Source of the DNA: Catelliglobosispora koreensis DSM 44566
GTDB taxonomy: Bacteria > Actinomycetota > Actinomycetes > Mycobacteriales > Micromonosporaceae
Length of the DNA: 32,000 bases
Direction: 5' to 3'
Assembly: GCF_000379685.1 (NCBI RefSeq)
Contig: NZ_KB903290.1
Location: 211,790-243,789 of the forward strand
Shown in pieces: positions 8,990 to 17,375 of this stretch. The position numbers and the translations under genes are program-made. How positions within the stretch are numbered: the first letter of the stretch is position 1; each line of letters opens with the position of its first letter. The notes below the pieces were generated by a model, which ran no database searches, was not told the DNA's origin, and saw only the letters and a program-made list of their open reading frames with translations.

Positions 8990-9857
8990 CGGGCTAGCGT
9001 TAGCTTTTGCCGCAGCCGCCATAAGCGGTGTCGCTGTTTACCTCAACGGTTTCGCGGTCAAAGTCGCCCGCGACGCCACGATTTACACCACAGCCAAGAA
9101 CCTCATCGCAGGACTAGTCATCGTGGGCTTTGTCATGGCGACACGGTCGGCCAAACCTGTCCGCGGCGGTAAACAGCTTGCCACTCTTGGCCTGGTGGCC
9201 CTCATCGGTGGCAGCATCCCGTTCGTGCTGTTCTTCGAGGGGCTCGCACGAGCATCGTCGGTGCATGCCGCGTTCATTCACAAGACGCTGTTCCTCTGGG
9301 TCGCCGTCCTTGCCATACCCCTCCTTGGCGAGCGGCTTCGCCCGGTACACGGATTGGCGGCCGCGATGCTTGTCGGCGGCCTCTTCGTCCTCGAAGGCGG
9401 CCTGACCGGCTTCAGTATCGCCACCGGTGAGGTTCTCATTTTCGCGGCGACGCTGTTGTGGTCGGCTGAAACAGTTGTGGTGAAACGGCTTTTGCACGAC
9501 GTCGCGCCCGCGACAGTGGCGCTGGCACGAATGGCTGTCGGCTCCCTGGCGCTGGTGGCCTGGGTCATTGTTACCGGCCGCTGGCACGCTCTGGTTGCTC
9601 TCCCGGTGCAGGGGTGGCTGTGGGCGGCGGCCACCGGTGTGATCCTCAGCTGTTACGTGCTGACCTGGTTCACCGCTCTGGAACGAGCCCAGGCGCTTGA
9701 TGTGACTGCGATCCTCGTCGCAGGCGCCGTGCTCACGGCTGTCCTGCGGGGTGGATACGTGACCGTCACTGCCGCTACCGGGCTGACGCTGATTGCCGTA
9801 GGCGCCGTCATCACTGCCTTCGCAGCCGTACAATCGCGGCAGCCGGAGCTGACATGA
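8970..9857 (+). CDS. EamA/DMT-superfamily transporter (about 10 TM)
   Basis: 295 aa and highly hydrophobic, with two internally repeated 5-TM halves typical of EamA. It overlaps hypC by 20 nt and shares an ATGA with the next gene. Confidence 0.75.
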   Translation: MSTSHRSGLALAFAAAAISGVAVYLNGFAVKVARDATIYTTAKNLIAGLVIVGFVMATRSAKPVRGGKQLATLGLVALIGGSIPFVLFFEGLARASSVHAAFIHKTLFLWVAVLAIPLLGERLRPVHGLAAAMLVGGLFVLEGGLTGFSIATGEVLIFAATLLWSAETVVVKRLLHDVAPATVALARMAVGSLALVAWVIVTGRWHALVALPVQGWLWAAATGVILSCYVLTWFTALERAQALDVTAILVAGAVLTAVLRGGYVTVTAATGLTLIAVGAVITAFAAVQSRQPELT

Positions 9858-10669
9858 CCGGCGGCGCAGTACCGCACGCGCAACACCGCGGTGGCGGCCG
9901 AGCCGCTGAAGCGGACATAGCCAACGGCGCACTCAGATTCGCGCGCTACGCGTACCCGCCGAATGCGCTGGGCTATTGCGGTCCAGGCGATTCGGCCGCG
10001 CTTCTAGGCTATGCGGAAGCCGGTGCCGTCGATGCTGGGCTCGCCGATCTGGCACAGCGGTTCGCCGGGGCGTGGCCCTACCTGTCGCTCATCGGCGCTG
10101 CTAACCATGACCTCTACCCGCTCGATGACGCGGTCGTGGAAGCGTACTGGCTCGGCAATCCACTGCTTGAGCGGATCGCGCCGCCCCTGCTTGCCGCGCA
10201 TCTGGCGGACCGTTTCGCTGACCGGGCGGGGCCAGCGTGGGACAACCTCTCCGTCCTGGCACACCGTGGAGGCCGGGCGCATCACAACTTCCACGTGTTC
10301 GCCGTCTACCCCTGGGTGGGGATGCTCCGGGCAGGTTTCACCGAGGATCCGTTGCGGGTGCTCAATTCCTGCCGCGTCCGGTGGGGCACCGTGCTTGGTG
10401 TACATCCCGGCTTCGCCGAAGTGTGGGCACAACCGTTGACCTGGAACGGGAACCTTTCGCTCGGCCCTGGCCAGGTTGACGTGGCGACTCTGTCCGCAGC
10501 CCAGACGACTTCTATCAAGAGCGGCGACATGGTGTCTCTGCACTGGGACTGGGTGTGCGAGACACTGACACAGCAGCAGGCCCAACGTTTGCAGAGGTAC
10601 ACGGCCTCCCAGCTGCGGCTGGTTAACGAGGCTCTGGGCTGGCCAGCCACGGCAGCACTGCTGGGCTGA
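9854..10669 (+). CDS. Conserved hypothetical protein (actinobacterial DUF); C-terminal about 80 aa resembles a HypC-like fold
   Basis: 271-aa ORF, ATGA-coupled to eamA, with codon usage like its neighbours. The N-terminal motif is RFARYAYPPNALGYCGP. The C-terminal segment CRVRWGTVLGV...SGDMVSLHWDWVCETLTQQQAQRL parallels the HypC pattern C-x-x-x-P-G-x-V...GD-x-V-L-V-H...L..EEA. Confidence 0.65.
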   Translation: MTGGAVPHAQHRGGGRAAEADIANGALRFARYAYPPNALGYCGPGDSAALLGYAEAGAVDAGLADLAQRFAGAWPYLSLIGAANHDLYPLDDAVVEAYWLGNPLLERIAPPLLAAHLADRFADRAGPAWDNLSVLAHRGGRAHHNFHVFAVYPWVGMLRAGFTEDPLRVLNSCRVRWGTVLGVHPGFAEVWAQPLTWNGNLSLGPGQVDVATLSAAQTTSIKSGDMVSLHWDWVCETLTQQQAQRLQRYTASQLRLVNEALGWPATAALLG

Positions 10670-10680
10670 CGGGCACGGAA

Positions 10681-10848
10681 CTAGCGCAGCAGTCCGAGAA
10701 TCACCCGCAGCGCGGTGGTCCTTCCCGCGCCATTTGGGCCGAGAAAACCATGCACCTCACCAGCCAGGACCTCCAGATCCAGGCCAGCAAGCGCCCGCGT
10801 GCGGCCAAAAGACTTGTGCAGTCCGGCAGTCGAAATGACAACAGTCAT
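10681..10848 (-). pseudogene. Truncated ABC-transporter ATP-binding protein (N-terminal 55 aa only, ends just after Walker A)
   Basis: [55 protein letters not shown] then a stop. The Q-loop, signature motif and Walker B are all missing. The convergent upstream gene ends only 12 nt away, so the rest of the gene is absent rather than merely interrupted. Confidence 0.7.
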
Positions 10849-10928
10849 GCCCGCACGGTATGTCCAGCCGACTGGAGCGTTGAAGAGGCAAAAGACCCAA
10901 ATGGCGAGGCCCATGTCCAGCCGCCGCG

Positions 10929-11552
10929 TCAGGACTGCGCGATCTGCTTAGCGGCTCGTACTCCGATATCGTGGCCGCTGGGGTGTTGTGATGACGCGAG
11001 GGCGAGACCGGCTGCCCATCCGGGTGCGCGTCCGTGTTCTGGGATGACAGCTCGGGATAGATTGTGGCCGCTTGCGGCCAGCAGCCAGGAGACCAGTGAG
11101 TTGGAGTTCCACTGATCACCGGCGTGCAGCTGGTCGCGACCCCAGGTCAGTTCCGGCACGCGTGCGGTCAGGTGCATGACGCGGCGGGCAAGGATTGGGC
11201 TGGTGCTAAGGCGCTGGGGGCTGCTGACGGCTTTGGCGATGTCAGGCAGGATGCCGTTTTTCCAGCACCGCACCTCGTACCGGAACAGGCGGGAGCGGCC
11301 AAGCACCGCCAGCCCGACCGGTCCAGTCGCCACCACTCCGCGATCTGGCTCGTGGCGTCCCCACGCCGGGCCCATCTCGATGACGTATGAGTCGCTGCCG
11401 TCGCCGGCGATTAGTGCGCTGTGGTAGAGGCCGCACGCTACGCGATGCTGAAAACGAGCGGCGAATGCTTTGTACACGCGGCCGCTGAAGGCCACCAGGC
11501 GGTTGCCGTCCGCGCCAAGTGGCAGCCAATACAGGTCAACAAAACTGGTCAT
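10929..11552 (-). CDS. Conserved hypothetical protein (actinobacterial family, function unknown)
   Basis: 207-aa ORF. Motifs such as [18 protein letters not shown] and [11 protein letters not shown] recall a widely conserved actinobacterial hypothetical family. No catalytic motif was recognised. Confidence 0.6.
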   Translation of the reverse strand: MTSFVDLYWLPLGADGNRLVAFSGRVYKAFAARFQHRVACGLYHSALIAGDGSDSYVIEMGPAWGRHEPDRGVVATGPVGLAVLGRSRLFRYEVRCWKNGILPDIAKAVSSPQRLSTSPILARRVMHLTARVPELTWGRDQLHAGDQWNSNSLVSWLLAASGHNLSRAVIPEHGRAPGWAAGLALASSQHPSGHDIGVRAAKQIAQS

Positions 11553-11813
11553 CGGGCCGACTCAAGCGGTGGCGGTACGGCAAGCGTATTCGCAGCCTCA
11601 TTCGTTGCGCACGCGGTGGATTCGGCACGTTGCTTGATCCCGCCATCGCCTCTGCCTGTTTCGGTGACATCGGCACCCACTGTCCAACTTGAAGATGCTT
11701 CCACTCTGCGACGACCTCCCGCGCGCTTGGGCGGGCAAGGTTGTCCGGTCTCTGCCCAGCGAGTTGGCTGGCCGCTGGCCACGGCGGCCGGTAAGGGAGC
11801 GATGCGACGCGGC

Positions 11814-12329
11814 TCATCGCGGCGCCCGCAAATAGCCGCGCACCGAAGGCAGCAGTGGCAATCCGGCCAGCGCCACTCCGATAGGACCGTAAACTGCTTG
11901 AAGCACTGAGAGCTCAGGCAGATATACCAGCTCCAAAGCGATCCAGGCGATATGGCCAAGTCCAATCAGGATGGTCGCTGACCACGACCAATGGTGTCCT
12001 GTCAGCCGCTCGGCAAAGCCTAGCCACGCCACGTGTGGGCGCCGCAAGACACCGAAGCCCGTGACCAGCGAACCCAGCCCGAACCCAAGACCTAGCACCA
12101 AACCCGGCACGACCCAATTGGTCACGACGGGAATTCCATCAAGCCACGCGGCCGGAGGGGTGTAGCCCAGCATCATCGCCAGCCCGCCCCCAAACGCCGT
12201 GACACCAAGAAACCACAGCACCGCAACGGTGACCGACACTGCCACCGGGCGATGCCTCCGCACTGCGATCGTCGTCATGCCAACAGCCCATATCACCCCC
12301 GTGCTGTCAGGCAGAGGCTTAAGAAGCAA
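11814..12329 (-). CDS. Hypothetical integral membrane protein (about 4 TM)
   Basis: The 171-aa ORF has four long hydrophobic segments. The start could instead be the internal ATG at 12278 (MTTIAV...). Confidence 0.55.
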   Translation of the reverse strand: MLLKPLPDSTGVIWAVGMTTIAVRRHRPVAVSVTVAVLWFLGVTAFGGGLAMMLGYTPPAAWLDGIPVVTNWVVPGLVLGLGFGLGSLVTGFGVLRRPHVAWLGFAERLTGHHWSWSATILIGLGHIAWIALELVYLPELSVLQAVYGPIGVALAGLPLLPSVRGYLRAPR

Positions 12330-12370
12330 GACGAAGGGACCTTAGGCCCAGGCTGCCGAATAACTCTTGC

Positions 12371-12772
12371 CTACTGGCCGACAGCCGGCGGAACCGGCTG
12401 AGCCAATGCTGGCTCGCGGCGGCGCGCCTGGCGCAGGTGCCATAAGAACACCGGAGCGCCCACGATGACCGCGACGCCGCCGTAGAGTGCATCGGCGTAC
12501 CCGCCAATGCGCGCCCGGTCAAGCGCGTCGGCTCGTGATCGCTCGCGCTCCTCGGGCGTCAGCGGCACCACCGTCCCGTTGGCGATGGGCTTTTCATAGG
12601 TCATGTAGCGAATCTCGGAGGAGATTTCCGGTAGCGCCGCTGTCACCAGCCCTCTAAGCCCGCCGACGAGGCCAAAGAGGAGCACGCTTAGCCCGATAGC
12701 CGCGCCCAGATAGTAGTAGGCAGATGGCAGCCATCCCATACGCTGTGTCATTCCAGTCTCCACATTCGACAA
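12371..12772 (-). CDS. Hypothetical membrane protein (2 TM)
   Basis: 133-aa ORF. Two hydrophobic helices (YYYLGAAIGLSVLLFGLVGGL and GGVAVIVGAPVFLW) flank a charged loop. Confidence 0.5.
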   Translation of the reverse strand: MSNVETGMTQRMGWLPSAYYYLGAAIGLSVLLFGLVGGLRGLVTAALPEISSEIRYMTYEKPIANGTVVPLTPEERERSRADALDRARIGGYADALYGGVAVIVGAPVFLWHLRQARRREPALAQPVPPAVGQ

Positions 12773-12869
12773 AGGGTGTGCGACGAGAATGCGGCCGCAC
12801 TAGCGGGCGTGCCAGAGTCCAAAGTCCCGCCAGGCTCACCTAATTTCACGTAGGCGACAGCGATTGGGG

Positions 12870-12889
12870 AGAGGGACTTATGACCTGAA
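12870..12889. promoter_or_regulatory. Candidate DosR/DevR-like box (AGAGGGACTTATGACCTGAA)
   Basis: The core GGGACTTATGACCT matches at 11/14 and the 3-prime flank GAA fits the consensus. It lies 93-112 nt upstream of the USP GTG at 12982. Confidence 0.4.
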
Positions 12890-12981
12890 GCGCAGAGTCG
12901 TGTGAATCTGGACGGCCGCGCTCGGTTCCGGTTCGCTAGGGGTGAACGCGATGACCGACGCTGCTACGGAAGGAACACACT

Positions 12982-13857
12982 GTGCCTGGCCGTCATGTTG
13001 TGGTAGGGCTGGATTTCTCGCCGTCCGGACAGGATGCCGTCGAGTACGCCGCACGGCTCGCAGCACGCTACCGTGCTCCGCTTACGCTCATCCATGCCCA
13101 TATCAACGCTCTGCCCGGTTACACGGGAATTGGAATGCCTGTTCCGTACATCCCCGGGCAAGAGTCGGTATTGGACTGGATCGACTCACAGTTAAAACAA
13201 ACCGTCGAGTCGGTGCGGGGCATTTATGATGGCGATATCGATGTCCGGCGAGTCATCGGCCGCCCCGCCGGTGTCCTGATTCGCGCATCGCGAGACGCTT
13301 TGGTCACGGTCGTCGGCGCCCGTGGGGCGGGAGGATTCTCCGGGCTGCTCCTCGGATCTGTGTCATCCCAAGTCGCCGCGCACGCTCACGGCCCGGTGAT
13401 CGTCGTGCGCCCGCCCGAGATGCGACAGGACTTCGCCGCTTCCGGGCCGGTGCTGGTGGGTTATGACGGATCCGCCGAGTCCGGTGCGGCACTGGAGTTC
13501 GCCGCCGCGGAGGCGTATTCGCGCCGGGCGTCGCTGAAGGTCGTCAACGTCTATTGGGCGCAACCGTGGCTGGATGACGATACTCGTCAGCAACGGCTGG
13601 CCGCCGCCGAAAACCTTGTGGAACAGGCGATCGCGACCTGCCGCGACGAGTATCTGGCGCTGGATCTGCAGCCCCTGACAGTGCTCGACCCCAGCCCTGA
13701 GCATGCCCTGATAGAAGCGTCAAAGGGTGCCGCTTTGACCGTGGTTGGCTGCCGCGGACGTGGGGGTTTGGCCGGGATGCTGCTGGGCTCGGTGTCATGG
13801 GCTCTGACCCACCATGCCCAGCACCCCGTCGCCGTCGTTCACCCGGCTGGGCGCTAA
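12982..13857 (+). CDS. Universal stress protein, tandem Usp domains
   Basis: 291 aa. Two Usp repeats each end in a G-x2-G-x9-G(S/T)-like ATP motif (VVGARGAGGFSGLLLGSVS and VVGCRGRGGLAGMLLGSVS). An RBS (GGAAGGA) precedes the GTG start. Confidence 0.9.
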   Translation: MPGRHVVVGLDFSPSGQDAVEYAARLAARYRAPLTLIHAHINALPGYTGIGMPVPYIPGQESVLDWIDSQLKQTVESVRGIYDGDIDVRRVIGRPAGVLIRASRDALVTVVGARGAGGFSGLLLGSVSSQVAAHAHGPVIVVRPPEMRQDFAASGPVLVGYDGSAESGAALEFAAAEAYSRRASLKVVNVYWAQPWLDDDTRQQRLAAAENLVEQAIATCRDEYLALDLQPLTVLDPSPEHALIEASKGAALTVVGCRGRGGLAGMLLGSVSWALTHHAQHPVAVVHPAGR

Positions 13858-13882
13858 GGCTCTGGTTGCCCTGGGCCCGTGA

Positions 13883-14209
<327 letters not shown>

Positions 14210-14264
14210 TTGGATGCGCGGAACATGCGCCCTGTTGTCTGGGCGCATTTTTCCGGCCTTCCAC

Positions 14265-14280
14265 ATACCCCCGAGGGTAT
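14265..14280. promoter_or_regulatory. CsoR-family operator, ATACCC-CCGA-GGGTAT inverted repeat
   Basis: Perfect 6-bp arms. It sits immediately upstream of the RBS GAAAGGAG and the ATG at 14297 of the rhodanese/tauE/MBL-rhodanese/trx unit. Confidence 0.7.
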
Positions 14281-14296
14281 TGAAGAAAGGAGTCCG

Positions 14297-14532
14297 ATGG
14301 AGATCTCACAAGCTGATTTTGCCGGTGCGCGCACGGACGGCGATCCCGTGATCGACGTGCGCACCTTCACCGAATTCGCATCGGGGCATGTTCCGGGAGC
14401 GTTGCTGATTCCGCTGGATCACCTGCCAATGCGGCTCGCGGAAGTCCCGCAGCCGTGAAAACCACCGTTTCGGTGTGCCGGTCGCATACTCCCCACGGTA
14501 TGCGCCGGGAGCTCATCAGGACCCGCGCATGA
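14297..14532 (+). pseudogene. Degraded/frameshifted single-domain rhodanese
   Basis: In frame, only 53 aa are encoded (MEISQADF...VIDVRTFTEFASGHVPGALLIPLDHL...PQP then stop at 14456-14458). That is the N-terminal half of a rhodanese fold. A VSVCRS active-site-like loop lies in the -1 frame just downstream, and that frame ends in an ATGA overlap with tauE at 14529-14532. Confidence 0.55.
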
Positions 14533-15287
14533 CCGCAGGGGTGCTCTTGGCACTGGCCGCTGCGCTGATAGTTGGGCTGATGCTAGGCGGGCTCGGCGGC
14601 GGTGGCTCGATTCTGGCTGTCCCGGTGCTGGTGTATCTCGCTGGCATCGACCCTAAGCCTGCTATCGCGATGTCCCTGGTTGTCGTCGGGGTCACTGCGG
14701 CGGTGGCGCTAATTCCTCATGCGCGTGCGGGCCGGGTGCATTGGCGTACCGGGCTTTTGTTCGGCGGGTTCGGCATGGCTGGTGCCTACGCCGGCGGGCG
14801 GATCGCTGCGTACCTTCCGGCAGCGGTTCTGCTGGCCGGTCTCGCGGTAATGATGCTTCTGACCGCGGTGGCGATGCTGCGTCCCAGCCGCACCGCACCG
14901 CCCACCGCTGCCGTGCGCCGGCGGCCGCTGGCGAAGATCGCCGTCGAGGGCACCGCCGTCGGGCTGATTACTGGGCTCGTTGGCGCGGGCGGCGGATTCC
15001 TTGTCGTACCAGCGCTGGTTCTTCTAGGCGGACTGTCGATGCCAGCCGCGATCGGCACCAGCCTGCTCGTCATCAGCCTCAAATCTGGTGCCGCCCTTGC
15101 TGGATACCTTCACTCTGTCGCTATTGACTGGCCACTGACGCTGTCGGTCACCGCGCTGGCGGTCGCTGGCAGCCTCATCGGTGCCCGGTTGGCTGGGCGG
15201 ATCAACCCCAGCGCGCTGCGCCGGGGATTCGGATGGTTCGTCATCGTCATGGGTCTTGGTGTCCTGACCGGACAGCTGCTCGCTTAA
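14529..15287 (+). CDS. TauE/SafE-family sulfite/organosulfur anion exporter
   Basis: Trimmed to the ATG at 14529. The protein is polytopic and Gly-rich (LGGLGGGGSILAVPVLVYL and GLVGAGGGFLVVPALVLL), which gives the duplicated TauE motifs. Confidence 0.8.
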   Translation: MTAGVLLALAAALIVGLMLGGLGGGGSILAVPVLVYLAGIDPKPAIAMSLVVVGVTAAVALIPHARAGRVHWRTGLLFGGFGMAGAYAGGRIAAYLPAAVLLAGLAVMMLLTAVAMLRPSRTAPPTAAVRRRPLAKIAVEGTAVGLITGLVGAGGGFLVVPALVLLGGLSMPAAIGTSLLVISLKSGAALAGYLHSVAIDWPLTLSVTALAVAGSLIGARLAGRINPSALRRGFGWFVIVMGLGVLTGQLLA

Positions 15288-15330
15288 CACCCCACACCGT
15301 TTCGCATGACTACCAACGCAGGAGAGAATC

Positions 15331-16713
15331 ATGTTGTTCACCCAGTACTACCTCGACTGCCTATCGCAGGCGTCCTATTTGGTTGCCGATGAGACCACCG
15401 GCCGGGCCGTTCTCATCGACCCACGCCGCGACATCGCCGAATATCTCGCCGACGCCGAGGCCCGCGGACTAACCATCGAAGGCGTCATCAACACGCACTT
15501 TCACGCCGACTTCGTCGCCGGCCACCTTGAGGTCGCCGCCGCTACGGGAGCCTGGATCGGGTACGGGCACCGCGCCGAGACCGAATACCACATTCGAAAA
15601 CTCAACGACGGCGAGCGGATCAGTCTCGGCAAAGTGACTTTGGAGATCATGGAGACTCCCGGTCACACCCCAGAATCGGTCAGCGTCCTGGTTTATGAAC
15701 ACCCGGACGACGCGGTCGCGTACGGAGTCATGACCGGAGACGCGCTGTTCATTGGCGACGTGGGACGGCCTGATCTGCTCGCATCCGACGGTGTAACAGC
15801 CGATGAACTCGGCCGGATGCTTTTCCACAGCGTCCAAGGCAGACTCATGAGCCTGCCGGACCAGGTGCGTGTCTTCCCGGCGCACGGTGCCGGGTCGTCC
15901 TGCGGCAAGAACCTGTCCACCGAACGCCAGTCCACGATCGGCGAGCAGCGCCGGACCAACTATGCCTGCGCACCGATGACCGAAGACAAGTTCCTTGCTC
16001 TGGTAACCGCCGGGCAGCCGGCCGTACCCGGTTACTTCTCCCACGACGCGATGCTCAACCGCTCGGCGCGGGGCCTGCTGAACGTCACGCCGAATGTCCG
16101 TGCCCTCGATACAGCCGAATTCGAGCAGGCACGCCAATCGGGCGCCATCGTCGTAGACGCACGTGATCCGCAAGAGTTTTCCGCAGGGCATCTGCGCGGC
16201 TCTATTAATGTGCCAGCTGACGGAAGGTTCGCCGAAACCGCCGGAAGCGTCCTTCAGCCAAACGAGCCACTCGTGGTCGTGGCACCAGAAGACATCGCCG
16301 AAGAAACCGTGATCCGGTTGGCCCGCATTGGTTTCGATCAGGTGACCGGGTACCTCACCGATCCAGCACGTGCCCTGGCGGAGTTGGACTCGGCCGTGAC
16401 GCCGGCGAGCCGGCTCACCGTCATTGCCCTTCACGAAGCACTCGCTGGCAGCAGCGCCCCGCTTGTCGTCGACGTACGCAACGCGGGCGAACGCGAGCAA
16501 GGCCACATCAGCGGGTCCATCCACATTCCACTCGCCGAGCTGACGGCCAGGTCCACCGAAATACCAAACAACCGGCCTGTCGTTCTGCATTGCGCAGGTG
16601 GCTATCGGTCCTCGGTGGCAGCTAGCGTGCTGCGCCGCAACGGGCACCCGGATGTGTCCGACCTCATCGGTGGATATGCCGCCTGGGAATCTGCCTTCGC
16701 ATCCGCCAGCTAA
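15331..16713 (+). CDS. MBL-fold persulfide-dioxygenase-like domain fused to two rhodanese domains (CstB/Blh-like)
   Basis: 460 aa. The N-terminal metallo-beta-lactamase motif is INTHFHADFVAGH. The middle rhodanese domain lacks a Cys. The C-terminal rhodanese domain has the active-site loop LHCAGGYRSS. An RBS (GGAGAG) is present. Confidence 0.85.
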   Translation: MLFTQYYLDCLSQASYLVADETTGRAVLIDPRRDIAEYLADAEARGLTIEGVINTHFHADFVAGHLEVAAATGAWIGYGHRAETEYHIRKLNDGERISLGKVTLEIMETPGHTPESVSVLVYEHPDDAVAYGVMTGDALFIGDVGRPDLLASDGVTADELGRMLFHSVQGRLMSLPDQVRVFPAHGAGSSCGKNLSTERQSTIGEQRRTNYACAPMTEDKFLALVTAGQPAVPGYFSHDAMLNRSARGLLNVTPNVRALDTAEFEQARQSGAIVVDARDPQEFSAGHLRGSINVPADGRFAETAGSVLQPNEPLVVVAPEDIAEETVIRLARIGFDQVTGYLTDPARALAELDSAVTPASRLTVIALHEALAGSSAPLVVDVRNAGEREQGHISGSIHIPLAELTARSTEIPNNRPVVLHCAGGYRSSVAASVLRRNGHPDVSDLIGGYAAWESAFASAS

Positions 16714-16773
16714 CTGGCGAGCCGCGATCCCCTTGGCATGAACGGAATGACTGCTGTTGAGATAGGAGAACCC

Positions 16774-17148
16774 ATGACAGTCATTGAGCTGACCGAAGAC
16801 AGTTTCCTCGGCGCCATCCAGCGTGACGGCATCGTTTTGGTGGATTGGTGGGCCGCCTGGTGCGGACCATGCCGGGCATTCGCGCCTATCTTTGAGCAGG
16901 CTAGCACCCGCCACCGCGACATAGCCTTTGCGAAGATCAACACAGAGGAACAGCCACGGCTTGCTGCCGCCGCGGAGATCCGCTCGATTCCAACGCTGAT
17001 GGCTTTCCGCAACGGGAAGCTGGTTTACAGTCAGGCCGGTGCACTGCCAGCCGCCGCGCTCGAACAGCTCATCACCGCGATCCGCGAACTGGAAAGCGAG
17101 CCGAAAGGCCTTGCGCACAAAGGCATTCGCTGGCGCGCGGTTAGATAG
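16774..17148 (+). CDS. trx: Thioredoxin
   Basis: WCGPC active site (WWAAWCGPCRAF) and cis-Pro region IRSIPTL. The ATG at 16774 was chosen because it follows GGAGAA; the track ORF starts at 16738. Confidence 0.88.
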   Translation: MTVIELTEDSFLGAIQRDGIVLVDWWAAWCGPCRAFAPIFEQASTRHRDIAFAKINTEEQPRLAAAAEIRSIPTLMAFRNGKLVYSQAGALPAAALEQLITAIRELESEPKGLAHKGIRWRAVR

Positions 17149-17375
17149 TCGTTACAGCACAACGAAAGGTGAACGGTGATGACGTGCGGATATGGCATCG
17201 GTGCCTGATAGGCGATCATCACGCCCATCACAGCCAACGGATGAGATCGACGAGTCCACCTACTTGAAGGCGCGGGAGAAACATCGCCGGCCACACGCAG
17301 GCGAGCATGTGAGGAGTCGGGCGCGAAGGTGAATGGCATCCTGTTTACCCTCGCGTCTGATGAAAGCTGTGGAGG

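Noticed and set aside
15469-17118. 549-aa ORF on the minus strand, the longest single ORF in this region
   Set aside because: It lies entirely antisense to the well-supported MBL-rhodanese and thioredoxin genes. The translation is Arg/Gly/Pro-rich with no recognisable motifs. This is the typical stop-codon-poor antisense frame of high-GC DNA.
17176-17222. Imperfect nested hairpin (GTGATGA...TCATCAC with an inner GGCA-TCGG-TGCC) in the lower-GC convergent spacer between trx and usp; considered as a bidirectional terminator or sRNA
   Set aside because: The stem is only 7 bp plus a bulged extension. There is no U or A tract on either side and no conserved-looking promoter. The evidence is insufficient to call a feature.
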